A stretch of 64,000 nucleotides of DNA, taken from Heterodontus francisci. Lineage: Eukaryota. A program made the position numbers and the translations under genes. This document shows, piece by piece, positions 1 through 12,700 of this stretch. The notes below the pieces were generated by a model. The model was not told the origin of the DNA and did no database searches. It saw nothing but the letters and a program-made list of their open reading frames with translations. How positions within the stretch are numbered: the stretch's first letter is position 1; each line of letters begins with the position of its first letter. The stretch is taken from NCBI RefSeq assembly GCF_036365525.1, contig NC_090421.1:992001-1056000 (forward strand). The letters run 5' to 3'.

Positions 1-86
1 AAAGGAGAGAAAGAGAGAAAGAGAGAGAGAGAGAGGCAGACAGAGACAGGCAGAGGCAGAGAAATAGAAAAAGAGAAAAGAGACAG
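1..86. repeat. (GA)n-rich microsatellite
   Basis: Degenerate AG/GA run, directly visible. Confidence 0.9.
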
Positions 87-132
87 ACTATTATATAATC
101 TCAAATGGTGCTGTACACAGATGTTTACTCAC

Positions 133-213
133 CGAGCTCATGGGGAAGCTCGTGGCAGAACACAGCGAGGGTGGTGCTCAATCCTCCCGGGATCCCTGTG
201 GAAAAGGCAGCTC
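133..213 (-). CDS. SLC39A5: ZIP zinc transporter coding exon 8 (TM5 metal site); gene continues beyond window start
   Basis: CAG/GA...G/GTGAGT, phase 1-1. Encodes [28 protein letters not shown] with the LIV-1 HEXPHEXG motif. [17 protein letters not shown] is the ZIP5-type version (ZIP10 has ISTSIAVF). Confidence 0.9.
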
Positions 214-434
214 CTGTTGATGAGAATGAAAAGAAGTAACTTTGCTGAGACCTGTGGTCAGTCCTGACTGTCACAACATCCTCTGTACAGCCATGACGAT
301 GTCGGATGTCAACAATTTCCCAGCACTGATGATGTCACCTGACAGAGGCCAAAAATCAGCAGCAAAAAAATTTAAGTTCATCTGCCCACTGATTGGAAAG
401 ATGCAAATTTGATGCTATCAAGTGTCACAGAGTG

Positions 435-960
435 TTAGCCTTGGCTCAGTGGGAACTACCCTTGCCTCCGAGTCAGAAGGTTGTGAGTTCTAGTCCCACT
501 CCAGAGACTTCAGCAAAAAATTCAAGCTAATACTCCCACTGCAGTACTGAGGGAGTGCCGCACTGTCGGAGGATCAGTGCCGAGGGAGCGCCGCACTGTC
601 AGAGGGGCAGTGCCGAGGGAGCGCCGCACTGTCAGAGGGGCAGTGCCGAGGGAGCGCCGCACTGTCGGAGGGGCCATCTTCTGGATGTTTGGTATTCCCA
701 TCCAACCTCTCAGCTGAATGTATAAGATCCCATAGCCACCTATTGTGAAAAGCAGGTGAAGTGTCCTGGGGGTCAATATTCATCCCCTAACCAACATCAC
801 TAAAACAGGTGATCTGGTCATTTATCACATTCCTGTCTGTGGGAGCTTGCTGTGCACAAATTGGCTGCTGCGTTTCCTACATCACAACAGTGACTACACT
901 TTGGAAAGCACTTTGGGATGTTGTGAAAGGCGGTATATCATCGCATGTCTTTCTTTCTTT
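435..960 (+). mobile_element. tRNA-derived DeuSINE (SacSINE1-like) with ~4 copies of an internal 33-bp unit (542-670)
   Basis: A box TGGCTCAGTGG, B-box-like GTTCTAGTCC, Deu-like core, TCTTT tail. Many related copies in the window. Confidence 0.8.
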
Positions 961-1067
961 GGAACTCTCTGTGCTCAGGTGCACAATTTTAACCGATCAG
1001 AAAAGGAATGAAACAAAAGGTTTCGCAGCCCTCACCAATCACAAGTCTACAACACAAAGCTTCTTAC

Positions 1068-1406
1068 CAATTGCTAGGCCATCGGTGAAGTTATGCACAC
1101 CATCGCCCATGATCACCATCCAAGCAATATTTGCAATCCCAGCATGCTTTATGTCTTCCACTGCATGTGAATGTCCATGGGAACAGCCCTGTTCCCCAGA
1201 CACCCACTTCCCAGAACGAGAATCCTTGGACTGGTCACTTTCTGGGTGCTCATCAGTTTTATTGGTAGTTTGTTGAGTACAAGGTCCCCAAGATGCCACT
1301 GCTGCCTCCTCCTGATCCTGCTCATGTGTGCTGGAAAACTCTGTATGTTCAAAGCCACTAAGTGTGACCTCCCATTTGTCCTCCCTGTGAGTGTGGTCGT
1401 CTGAAC
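1068..1406 (-). CDS. SLC39A5: ZIP coding exon 7 (His-containing cytosolic loop and TM4)
   Basis: TTTAG/GT...G/GTAAGA, 339 nt, phase 1-1. Encodes ...SHGHSHAVEDIKHAGIANIAWMVIMGDGVHNFTDGLAIG. Confidence 0.9.
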
Positions 1407-2066
1407 CTAAAGCAGGGGTCCGTGTAAGGATGGAAATGATAATAAAGGCACTTAGACTTCAGGTAGGTCATGAATTCAACATAAAACAAAAGAACTTTAT
1501 TGCATGAAATAAATATACACCCCCGACTCCCTCCCTTGCCCCATCCTTGGCCAAAAGAGCAAGGGGGCAACCAGCTCTTGGGGATTTGTCAGATGCTGGA
1601 TCAATTTTAAATGAGATTGATAGATTTTTGTTAACCAAACGTGTTAAGGGATCTGGGGCAAAGGCAAATATGTAGTCACGTCACAGATCAGCCATGATCT
1701 CATTGAATAGCAGAACAGGCTAAAGGGGCTGAATGGCCTCCTTTTTTAAAAGGGTCTTCAGTGTACCAGAGTGGTCCTCTCTCAGGCAGTGGCTCTCCTC
1801 CAGTTTTCCTGCCTTCTTGTGCAGGAGTCTCTGACTTCCACTTGGCTGGGATTGGGGACTCACCATGTTCAGCCTTGCAGTCTCAAAACCGCACCCAATG
1901 GGTTCCAATAAATGGTGGCCATCTTCTCAGTCCCCTGTACCCACACTGCTCAGAGTGCTTGGGCTGGACTTGAACAATTTTCATTTTCTCTTGTGTGGGA
2001 CAGGCACTGCTTCCTCTCCCCATACCACTGCCCCCAGCTGCAGCTAAAGTTTGTAAATCATGTTAC

Positions 2067-2172
2067 CTTGGGCAGGCTTTAAATGGCTAAGTTCGAGGTT
2101 ATCTCTATCGTCCACTTGGAGACTGGTTAGTTCTTTCTCTTTGTAAAGGTGGTGGCGTCTTCTGTCTGTCGA
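2067..2172 (-). CDS. SLC39A5: ZIP coding exon 6 (start of TM3-TM4 loop)
   Basis: TTCTCCAG/TCG...G/GTAACA, 106 nt, phase 0-1, bridging the flanking exons exactly. Encodes STDRRRHHLYKEKELTSLQVDDRDNLELSHLKPAQG. Not in the ORF track. Confidence 0.8.
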
Positions 2173-2654
2173 CTGGAGAACAGAAAGGTCTTGTTGATAA
2201 AAGATGGGAAGAAACCAGCTGTCTGATTATGTTTGAACACCTCTGCTGCCAAGATGAGGGCAATTCCATTCAGCTTGATATTCAGTGTGAGATCTTTCCT
2301 AAAATTCTTCACAAGTATTAACATCCAGACTTTTAATTGTTGAAATTGGAGTGGGGGGGGGAAATGAATAAAAATATATCCATATATTACAGCCTGCATC
2401 ACTTACAGTGGGCACATTTGTGCCAATGCAATTTGCCCGCTACACACAATGTGGTAGCACTATAGGAATGTTGCAGTTAGTCATCAGCACAGCAGCTCCA
2501 TGAACTGCTGCCTGAATGAACCTTCTTACTGCCGGACCCTAGACCTGACCCTCGACCTGACCAAGGACCCCGAGCTCCGCAGCACCAACCTCACCCTGGC
2601 TGTGGGCATCAGGAGACTGAAGGAGCAGAGAGCGAGACAACCATTTCGATGGAA

Positions 2655-2935
2655 TATACAGCACAGGAGCAGGCCATTCAGCCAGTTGTGCCTGTGCTGG
2701 CTCGTTGAAAGAGCAGTCGTGCTTAGTCCCACACCCTCACTTCTTGCCTGTTACCCTGTAAGTTCCTCATTGTTAAGGTACCTATCCAACTCCGTCAGAT
2801 CCAGACAAGTTTGAGTGGACAATTCTCCACATCTCCCCTCTAGATATTTTGCCAATGATTTTGAATCTATGACCCCTGGCCAGAGGGGATAGTTTTTCCG
2901 TATTTACTCTATTATCAAAATCTCGATTACACAGA
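2655..2935 (-). mobile_element. CR1 LINE 3' fragment
   Basis: GGCCATTCAGCC 3'-end motif; RGHRFKIIG...EMWR remnant. Confidence 0.7.
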
Positions 2936-3134
2936 CTACTATAAATCAAATGAGAAAGAAACACTAAAGAAAGGCCCTTTAGTCAAACCTCTCCCTCACA
3001 TACTGAAAAATTGGAGGCGAGTTAGGGAGGAGGCATCTTCATTTTAGTTCTTTTCCTTCTTATGCAGCACCTTCTTAAATGCCTTTTGAAAATCTACATA
3101 AAGATCCTGTCTCCTTTACCGATACATTGTTATT

Positions 3135-6100
3135 TCTTTGGAGAAGAGAAGGTTGAGAAGAAATTTGATGGATGTGTTAAAAATCATGAGGGGTCCAGAC
3201 AGAGTAGATAGGGAGAAACTGTTCCCATTGGCGGAAGGATTGAGAACCAGAGGGACACTGATTTAAGGAGATTGGCAAAAGAAGCAACAGTGATGTGAGG
3301 AAAAACTTTTACACAGCGAGTGTTTAGGATCTGGAACGCACTGTCTGAGAGTGTGGTGGAGGCAGGTTCAGTGAGTGTTTAGGATCTGGAATGCGCTGTC
3401 TGAGAGTGTGGTGGAGGCAGGTTCAGTGAGTGTTTAGGATCTGGAATGCACTGTCTGAGAGTGTGGTGGAGGCAGGTTCAGTGAGTGTTTAGGATCTGGA
3501 ATGCACTGTCTGAGAGTGTGGTGGAGGCAGGTTCAGTGAGTGTTTAGGATCTGGAATACACTGTCTGAGAGTGTGGTGGAGGCAGGTTCAGTGAGTGTTT
3601 AGGATGTGGAATGCACTGTCTGAGAGTGTGGTGGAGGCAGGTTCAGTGAGTGTTTAGGATGTGGAATGCACTGTCTGAGAGTGTGGTGGAGGCAGGTTCA
3701 GTGAGTGTTTAGGATGTGGAATGTACTGTCTGAGAGTGTGGTGGAGGCAGGTTCAGTGTGTGTTTAGGATGTGGAACGCACTGTCTGAGAGTGTGGTGGA
3801 GGCAGGTTCAGTGAGTGTTTAGGATCTGGAATGCGCTGTCTGAGAGTGTGGTGGAGGCAGGTTCAGTGAGTGTTTAGGATCTGGAATGCTCTGTCTGAGA
3901 GTGTGGTGGAGGCAGGTTCAGTGAGTGTTTAGGATCTGGAATGCACTGTCTGAGAGTGTGGTGGAGGCAGGTTCAGTGAGTGTTTAGGATCTGGAATGTA
4001 CTGTCTGAGAGTGTGGTGGAGGCAGGTTCAGTGAGTGTTTAGGATCTGGAATGCACTGTCTGAGAGTGTGGTGGAGGCAGGTTCAGTGTGTGTTTAGGAT
4101 GTGGAATGTACTGTCTGAGAGTGTGGTGGAGGCAGGTTCAGTGAGTGTTTAGGATGTGGAATGCACTGCCTGAGAGTGTGGTGGAGGCAGGTTCAGTGTG
4201 TGTTTAGGATGTGGAATGTACTGTCTGAGAGTGTGGTGGAGGCAGGTTCAGTGAGTGTTTAGGATCTGGAATACACTGTCTGAGAGTGTGGTGGAGGCAG
4301 GTTCAGTGAGTGTTTAGGATGTGGAACGCACTGTCTGAGAGTGTGGTGGAGGCAGGTTCAGTGAGTGTTTAGGATCTGGAATACACTGTCTGAGAGTGTG
4401 GTGGAGGCAGGTTCAGTGAGTGTTTAGGATGTGGAGTGCACTGTCTGAGAGTGTGGTGGAGGCAGGTTCAGTGAGTGTTTAGGATGTGGAACGCACTGTC
4501 TGAGAGTGTGGTGGAGGCAGGTTCAGTGAGTGTTTAGGATCTGGAATACACTGTCTGAGAGTGTGGTGGAGGCAGGTTCAGTGAGTGTTTAGGATGTGGA
4601 GTGCACTGTCTGAGAGTGTGGTGGAGGCAGGTTCAGTGAGTGTTTAGGATCTGGAGTGCACTGTCTGAGAGTGTGGTGGAGGCAGGTTCAGTGAGTGTTT
4701 AGGATCCGGAATACACTGTCTGAGAGTGTGGTGGAGGCAGGTTCAGTGAGTGTTTAGGATGTGGAGTGCACTGTCTGAGAGTGTGGTGGAGGCAGGTTCA
4801 GTGAGTGTTTAGGATCTGGAGTGCACTGTCTGAGAGTGTGGTGGAGGCAGGTTCAGTGTGTGTTTATGATCTGGAATGCACTGCCTGAGAGTGTGGTGGA
4901 GGCAGGTTCAGTGAGTGTTTAGGATCTGGAACGCACTGTCTGAGAGTGTGGTGGAGGCAGGTTCAGTGAGTGTTTAGGATCTGGAACGCACTGTCTGAGA
5001 GTGTGGTGGAGGCAGGTTCAGTGAGTGTTTAGGATCTGGAACGTACTGTCTGAGAGTGTGGTGGAGGCAGGTTCAGTGAGTGTTTAGGATGTGGAACGCA
5101 CTGTCTGAGAGTGTGGTGGAGGCAGGTTCAGTGAGTGTTTAGGATCTGGAATGCACTGTCTGACAGTGTGGTGGAGGCGGGTTCAGTGAGTGTTTAGGAT
5201 GTGGAACGCACTGTCTGAGAGTGTGGTGGAGGCAGGTTCAGTGAGTGTTTAGGATCTGGAATGCACTGTCTGAGAGTGTGGTGGAGGCGGGTTCAGTGAG
5301 TGTTTAGGATGTGGAACGCACTGTCTGAGAGTGTGGTGGAGGCAGGTTCAGTGTGTGTTTAGGATCTGGAATGCACTGTCTGAGAGTGTGGTGGAGGCAG
5401 GTTCAGTGAGTGTTTAGGATCTGGAACGCACTGTCTGAGAGTGTGGTGGAGGCAGGTTCAGTGAGTGTTTAGGATCTGGAACGTACTGTCTGAGAGTGTG
5501 GTGGAGGCAGGTTCAGTGAGTGTTTAGGATCTGGAATGCACTGCCTGAGAGTGTGGTGGAGGCAGGTTCAGTGAGTGTTTAGGATCTGGAATGCACTGTC
5601 TGAGAGTGTGGTGGAGGCAGGTTCAGTGAGTGTTTAGGATCTGGAATGCACTGTCTGAGAGTGTGGTGGAGGCAGGTTCAGTGAGTGTTTAGGATGTGGA
5701 ATGCACTGTCTGAGAGTGTGGTGGAGGCAGGTTCAGTGAGTGTTTAGGATCTGGAATGCACTGTCTGAGAGTGTGGTGGAGGCAGGTTCAGTGAGTGTTT
5801 ATGATCTGGAATGCACTGACTGAGAGTGTGGTGGAGGCAGGTTCAGTGAGTGTTTAGGATCTGGAATGCACTGTCTGAGAGTGTGGTGGAGGCAGGTTCA
5901 GTGTGCGTTTAGGATCTGGAATGCACTGTCTGAGAGTGTGGTGGAGGCAGGTTCAGTGAGTGTTTAGGATCTGGAATGCACTGTCTGAGAGTGTGGTGGA
6001 GGCAGGTTCAGTGAGTGTTTAGGATCTGGAATGCACTGTCTGACAGTGTGGTGGAGGCAGGTTCAGTGAGTGTTTAGGATCTGGAATGCGCTGTCTGAGA

Positions 6101-7585
6101 GTGTGGTGGAGGCAGGTTCAGTGAGTGTTTAGGATCTGGAACGTACTGTCTGAGAGTGTGGTGGAGGCAGGTTCAGTGAGTGTTTAGGATCAGGAATGCG
6201 CTGCCTGAGAGTGTGGTGGAGGCAGGTTCAGTGAGTGTTTAGGATCTGGAATGCGCTGTCTGAGAGTGTGGTGGAGGCAGGTTCAGTGAGTGTTTAGGAT
6301 CTGGAATGCGCTGTCTGAGAGTGTGGTGGAGGCAGGTTCAGTGAGTGTTTAGGATGTGGAACGCACTGTCTGAGAGTGTGGTGGAGGCAGGTTCAGTGAG
6401 TGTTTAGGATCTGGAATGCACTGTCTGAGAGTGTGGTGGAGGCAGGTTCAGTGAGTGTTTAGGATCTGGAACGCACTGTCTGAGAGTGTGGTGGAGGCAG
6501 GTTCAGTGAGTGTTTAGGATCAGGAATGCACTGTCTGAGAGTGTGGTGGAGGCAGGTTCAGTGAGTGTTTAGGATCTGGAATGCACTGTCTGAGAGTGTG
6601 GTGGAGGCAGGTTCAGTGAGTGTTTAGGATGTGGAACGCACTGTCTGAGAGTGTGGTGGAGGCAGGTTCAGTGAGTGTTTAGGATCAGGAATGCACTGTC
6701 TGAGAGTGTGGTGGAGGCAGGTTCAGTGAGTGTTTAGGATCTGGAATGCACTGTCTGAGAGTGTGGTGGAGGCAGGTTCAGTGAGTGTTTAGGATCTGGA
6801 ATGCACTGTCTGAGAGTGTGGTGGAGGCAGGTTCAGTGAGTGTTTAGGATCAGGAATGCACTGTCTGAGAGTGTGGTGGAGGAAGATTCAGTGAGTGTTT
6901 AGGATCTGGAATGCACTGACTGAGAGTGTGGTGGAGGCAGGTTCAGTGAGTGTTTAGGATCTGGAATGCACTGTCTGAGAGTGTGGTGGAGGCAGGTTCA
7001 GTGAGTGTTTAGGATCTGGAATGCACTGTCTGAGAGTGTGGTGGAGGCAGGTTCAGTGAGTGTTTAGGATCTGGAATGCGCTGCCTGAGAGTGTGGTGGA
7101 GGCAGGTTCAGTGAGTGTTTAGGATCTGGAACGTACTGTCTGAGAGTGTGGTGGAGGCAGGTTCAGTGAGTGTTTAGGATCTGGAATGCGCTGCCTGAGA
7201 GTGTGGTGGAGGCAGGTTCAGTGAGTGTTTAGGATCTGGAATGCGCTGCCTGAGAGTGTGGTGGAGGCAGGTTCAGTGAGTGTTTAGGATCTGGAATGCG
7301 CTGTCTGAGAGTGTGGTGGAGGCAGGTTCAGTGAGTGTTTAGGATCAGGAATGCACTGTCTGAGAGTGTGGTGGAGGCAGGTTCAGTGAGTGTTTAGGAT
7401 CTGGAATGCACTGCCTGAGAGTGTGGTGGAGGCAGGTTCAATCATGGCTTTCACAAAGGTACTGGATAATTATTGGAAGTGAAAAAATTTGCAGAGCTCC
7501 AGGGAAAAGGCGGGAGAGTGGGACTAGCACGGATATGATGGGCTGATGGCCTCCTTCTGTGGTGTAACCATTCTATGATTCTATT
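3135..7585 (+). mobile_element. CR1 LINE 3' end containing an internal 55-bp tandem array
   Basis: ORF2 C-terminal remnant (EKRRLR..., DRVDREKLFPL) before the array; CR1 3' UTR (GGGCTGATGGCCTCCTTCTG, ATTCTATG repeats) after it. Confidence 0.85.
3316..7440 (+). repeat. Minisatellite, 55-bp unit x75
   Basis: Unit GTGAGTGTTTAGGATCTGGAATGCACTGTCTGAGAGTGTGGTGGAGGCAGGTTCA; 4125 bp = 75 x 55. Confidence 0.95.
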
Positions 7586-10500
7586 CCATGATAGCCTAAT
7601 TGCTATGCAGGCTGAGGATTCAAACCCTTGCTCATGGCAAGATGAATTGAGGACCTGCAGACATTGTGCTCCTGAAGAGCTTTTCTATACATTGAAAGTT
7701 ACTGCCTTTATTTACGCAATTTTTATAAAAAGTGACATTCATGCCCAATGCATGACAGACAGGAAATGAACATGTTCAAAGTTTTTATAATGTACTAGCA
7801 GACCTTCCATGATATTGCTGACATTTAGTCAGATTATTTTTTTTTAGAAAGATAGGAGTGTTATACCCTGTGATGCAGAATGTATTATTCTGCTGGGCAG
7901 GTGCAGCTGTGTCCCTTTAAGGTTTGTTTAACTGTTAAGTAAATAGAGACTTGGGTCATTCAGAGAGGAATTGCTGTTTGGTCAAGGAACTTTGTAACTT
8001 GGAATATGCTGGTCAGTTTCAGGCTCCAGCCAAGAAGGACACAGCATTTTACGATTGTGCATTATGACATCTCCATGTAGGATCAGGCCATTTGTAATCT
8101 ATTGTAGAAAGGCTCTATGCTTATTCATAGTAGATAGGAAAGGAACGTTTTAAGAGTAGGTTGCAAATTTGAATCCATTTAAATCCACAATGTTGAAATA
8201 TTACAGTGAAGGCTATTTGGGTGCCACTTTATGTGGGCATAGAAATATATCCGTACAAACATCCACTACAATACCCAGTAAAACACAAGCATGGTTCTCA
8301 ATGCCCTCATACACAAGGCATCATTTTATTGTATCAGAAGTGGCTGTACTTTCAGAGTGGTCACAATGAAAACCATTTACAGAATACACACAAACCCTGA
8401 TGAACATAAATCTGTAGTTTTTAATTTTGAATGGAAGAAATAAAGACACATTTATAAAATGCAAAGAGGCAGTAGTTTCCCAACTCAAGACAATAATGAA
8501 CAAAACTGGGGCTAATAGAGTTTCTGCTAAACCAGGGCAGATTTCAGGGAATCATTTTGAAACAGTCTTTATCATTTGTAAGGAAGCATATGACTAGCCT
8601 CCCTCCACCCAGAAAAAATACATACGGATTGACTCCAACATATTCTGGGTCAAAAGTTTGAAATGCTTGATATGTATTTGATTCTTTACGTCTCCAACTC
8701 ATGTGACCCTTTCAGTTAATTATTGCCTTTCTTTTACAAGCCCTGTGCTGTAATTACTGACCTTCTCACCTGAAAACACAGCAGCTTTGATGCAAATAGC
8801 CAAAGACTTAGTCTATGTCTAAGACAGATGGTACACTTAACTTGATCTGTAACCAGTGTCACAGTATACATGATCTCATTCAATCCAATCCATTATCAAA
8901 GTCTACTAGAAACAATATGGGATTGTAAACCTTCTGATCAGGTTGGTAGTGGTGTTACAATGAACCTGGGACCTGTTGTGGGACAGTTCCAATACCTATA
9001 TAGGGAATTAACCAGTCTGATATTAGTACCTACTGCTACCCTGGCAATATTATATAAAGTTCCAATCAATGGTAAATCAGAATGAACTTGGATTTTGCTC
9101 ATTTTCATTTAAAAAAAAGGTAATTTCTTGGGAATGGGAGAATTAAAAATATTTGGGGGAACTTTTGTGAAATGGAAGCGTGTGTGTGTGTGTGTGTTTC
9201 AGAATACTGGGTCAGTTCCAGCAGCCCAGCATTTAAAATTAAAATGTCTTCTCATAAGGTAGTTAGATAAGAATAATGAACATAAACCTCTTAAAAAGTA
9301 AAGGATCAATAATAGTCTGTTTTCATTACCAATTGGATGAAGATCCAAGGTTATATCTGTCGCATATGAAACAAAGCTAATTTTAATTTAGTAATGAGTT
9401 GTCCCCAAGTGACCACAGTCAACCAGCCAATTTTATTATTTTTGGCTATGGGATGAAACTAAAAGGAAAACTAACCATGGAGTAAATGTTAATTTGTTTT
9501 ATAATGCCTCATTATAATATTCAGGCTGTCCCAAACTGTTACAGATTCAAAGAATTACTTTTGAAATGTAGTCACTGTTATTCACAATAATACCCTACAA
9601 ACAAAAGAAATGAATGACCAGTTCATCCATTTATGGTGGCGATTGTCAAGTGAGGCTCCACTTACACAACCCCAACACTTCACTAGGGCACTAAATTTAG
9701 GCTGCTGGGATGATTGTGGATGAAGTGTCATTTTTGTTAATGGTTATCACATTTTGGTCGCTATAAGAGATTGCCTGCTTTAAACATGGACATTTTAAAT
9801 GGTGGGGACCACATTAAAAATCTTGTGCATATGTACACTTAGCGGGGAAGGGGGAGGGGTGGAATACAGGCCCTTGTTCAGCCACTTCCACAAGCTTTCC
9901 ACAGAACTGGCACGGAACAAATTCCACAAAAGCAGACACCTATTGGAGGGAAGAATACCAAACAACAACAGATGGAGTGTTGGCGAGATAATGAAGTTAA
10001 TGTGTTAATGTTCCCTTGCTGATTCGGAAAATAGCTTCATTTGATCAATACTCCCCTCCATCAGCAGGGAAAATCCAAAAACAAGTAGAAACCTTCCCAC
10101 CTCCCTGCCTATCTCGAAGATAAACATTGACATAGACCAGCTGGGCCGAATGGCCTGTTCCTGTGCTGTACATTCTGTGTATTTTCTGCCTTCCTCTTCT
10201 GAAGGTTCTGACTCTGCATCAGGGTACAGTTTCAGAGCTGCTGGCCACCCTCCAAGTGGCTATTCTTCAAACTAGCCGAGACAGCAAGTCTTGATAAGCT
10301 ATTCCACCATGGTAGGCACCACAGTGGAGATGGATCCTGGTCTCATGTAACATCTGCACACACTTTCCAGTGAAGAAGGGTCACTGAACCCTGGCTAATT
10401 CTGCCCCCGCCAACCCCAAAGCACTTTGGCCAGCTGTGGCACCCTAACTACAGCTGCCCCAGTGGAGATTGTCTAAATCAACAAAGACCAGGGATCGAAT

Positions 10501-10731
10501 CTGGAACCTAAGCAGTCTTATTAGTATGTGTCTCAGGGACAGAAAAATCTAGAACCTTTTCTGAAGCAATGGGCATTCTTTGTCTCGTTTTATGGCCATT
10601 TTTCTGTATGGTGCTATATAAATGCAAGCCTTTCTTTCTTTTAAACAGATGCTCGTGAACAAGAGTTCTTGACTTATCAGCCTTTAAACATTTTCGGATC
10701 TAGAATAGTTGCTCATTATTTCAGCACTTAC

Positions 10732-10884
10732 CCTGCCTCTGCTGCAGTTCCTGAACAAATTCAGGAGATTCTCGATTAGGTAAAGCAGGTAGATACCCCC
10801 CAACGCAGAGAGCCCTTTCCAGATAGAGTCCTTCCCAGCTGCATTCTCTGAGTTCTTGTGTCTGTGATCTTGGTTGTCCTGAGA
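10732..10884 (-). CDS. SLC39A5: ZIP coding exon 5 (TM3)
   Basis: TTTAG/TCT...AGG/GTAAGT, 153 nt, phase 0-0. Encodes SQDNQDHRHKNSENAAGKDSIWKGLSALGGIYLLYLIENLLNLFRNCSRGR. Confidence 0.9.
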
Positions 10885-11229
10885 CTAAATCAAGAAATAT
10901 AGAGGACGTCTTCACAATCAGGTTGCACAGTTCATAGTAAGGCTCATCCCACATGCTGAGCAAAGGTAGATGTTCCACTTGTATCCAGTATTGTACTGGC
11001 CTGTGTGTGTCTTGGTGTCAGCTCCTGTGCATCTATCAGTATTTACATTGCTTTTAAGAATAATACAAGAATTGTACTCCTCTTTAAGTGCCTGCAGATT
11101 GTGCAATATTCCCCAGTAAAGGGCAGGGTGTCAGAAGACCCGCTTCCAGATCGCTGCCTGGTGCCATTTGACTGAGCTACTAGCAGCCGTCCAAAGTGAA
11201 CAGAGTAATGGAGAACTGAAATCTGAATG

Positions 11230-11475
11230 GTAGTGGAAAATCTGGAACTCTCTCCCCCAAAAGGCACTGAAATTTGAGACTGAGATTGTTAGATTTTAGT
11301 TGGGCACGGAGCTAAGGCGGGTAAATAGAGTTGTGGTATAGATCAGCTATGATCTAATTGAATGGTGGAGCAGGCTTGAGGGGCTGAATGGCCTCCTGCT
11401 GTGCCTGTATAACAGGCTTGAGAGGCTGAATGGCCTGTTCCTGTGCTGTAATTTTCTTTATTCTCCTGTTCCTGA
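11230..11475 (+). mobile_element. CR1 3' fragment with ~2 copies of the terminal tail unit
   Basis: CAGGCTTGAG.GGCTGAATGGCCT present twice at 11371-11445. Confidence 0.7.
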
Positions 11476-11554
11476 CCTTCTCTTCCCAGTTGAAGGAGGT
11501 TCAGGCATTTAAGACGCTAAGCTAGGTGAAGACAGGACGGCCAGCTGTACTTAC

Positions 11555-11724
11555 GTGAGGGATCAGGTGAAGCAGGGCGTCTGCAGACAGCGTGCCGATT
11601 GCCAGTGCCACCAGGAAGGTGAGCAGGACCTTGGAAAAGGAGCGGCTGAGGCAGGGGATGATGGCCACGGCCATAAGTGACGTCAGGCTGATCAGGGTAA
11701 TGGCAACAAAGCCACAAACCCACA
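11555..11724 (-). CDS. SLC39A5: ZIP coding exon 4 (TM1-TM2)
   Basis: TTACAG/TG...CAC/GTAAGT, 170 nt, phase 1-0. Encodes VWVCGFVAITLISLTSLMAVAIIP...LVALAIGTLSADALLHLIPH. Confidence 0.93.
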
Positions 11725-12294
11725 CTGTAAGGAGGAAAAAACAGCAGGTGATAGGAGGCCACAGATTTCAGAGACAACATCCAGTTTAAGTAAGAAATTC
11801 TTCTACGAAACTGCCATTATTAACCTCCTCTGTCTAGGAGGAAAGTCTTTCTTTATCCTTTACACATGGAGCACGATATATTGTTGGGACGTTGTCCCAT
11901 TAGCTCTCCTGAAGGTGGTGACTCAATCACACTAGACGACATTCCTCAGATTTCAGAAACCCTGCACTGCCTCACCCAACTGACCATTCAAAATTTAGGA
12001 ACGTAGGAAATAGGAGCAGGAGTAGGCCATTCAGCCCTTCAAGCCTGCTCCACCATTCAACTAGATCACGGCTGATCTTCGACCTCAACTCCACTTTCTT
12101 GCACTATCCCCGTATCCCTTGGTATCTTTAATATTTAGCCGATGAGTCTCAGTCAGCTGTTCAACCGCTGGTATATCACAGCTAAATTCAATTCTGTACT
12201 CACCCAATACACACATTCCAGGAAAGGTCACAGGATTCCAAGCAGTGCGAGTGTGAGTACAGTAAGCTTTTAAAAAATGCATTCACCTATTAGC

Positions 12295-12700
12295 ACTCAT
12301 CGAAATGTGTAAAATTCTGAGGGGGTTTGACAGGGTAGATGCCGAGAGGCTGTTTCTCCCCCCACCCCCGGGCTGGAGAGTCTAGAACTGGGGAGGGAAG
12401 GGGTGTCACAATCTCAGGATATGGGGGTCGGCCGTTTGGGACTGAGATGGGGGGGAGAAATTTCTTCACTCGGAGGGTTTGTGAATCTTCGGAATTCTCT
12501 ACCCCCCAGAGGGCTGTGGATTGCTCAGTCGTTGAGTATATTCCAGACGGAGATCGATAGATTTTTGGGACACTGAGGGAATTGAGGGATAGGGCGGGAA
12601 AGCAGAGTTGAGGTAGAGGATCGGCCGCCATCTTACTGAATGGGGGAGCAGGCTCGAGGGGCCGAATGGCCTCCTCCTGCTCCAGTTTATCATGTTCTCA
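12295..12700 (+). mobile_element. CR1 LINE 3' fragment
   Basis: KILRGFDRVDAERLF and RNFFTRRV remnants; CR1 3' UTR. Same subfamily at 18910-19378. Confidence 0.8.

Noticed and set aside
3316-7440. CRISPR-like regular array
   Set aside because: Head-to-tail repeats with no unique spacers, no cas genes, eukaryotic context, and a CR1-derived unit.
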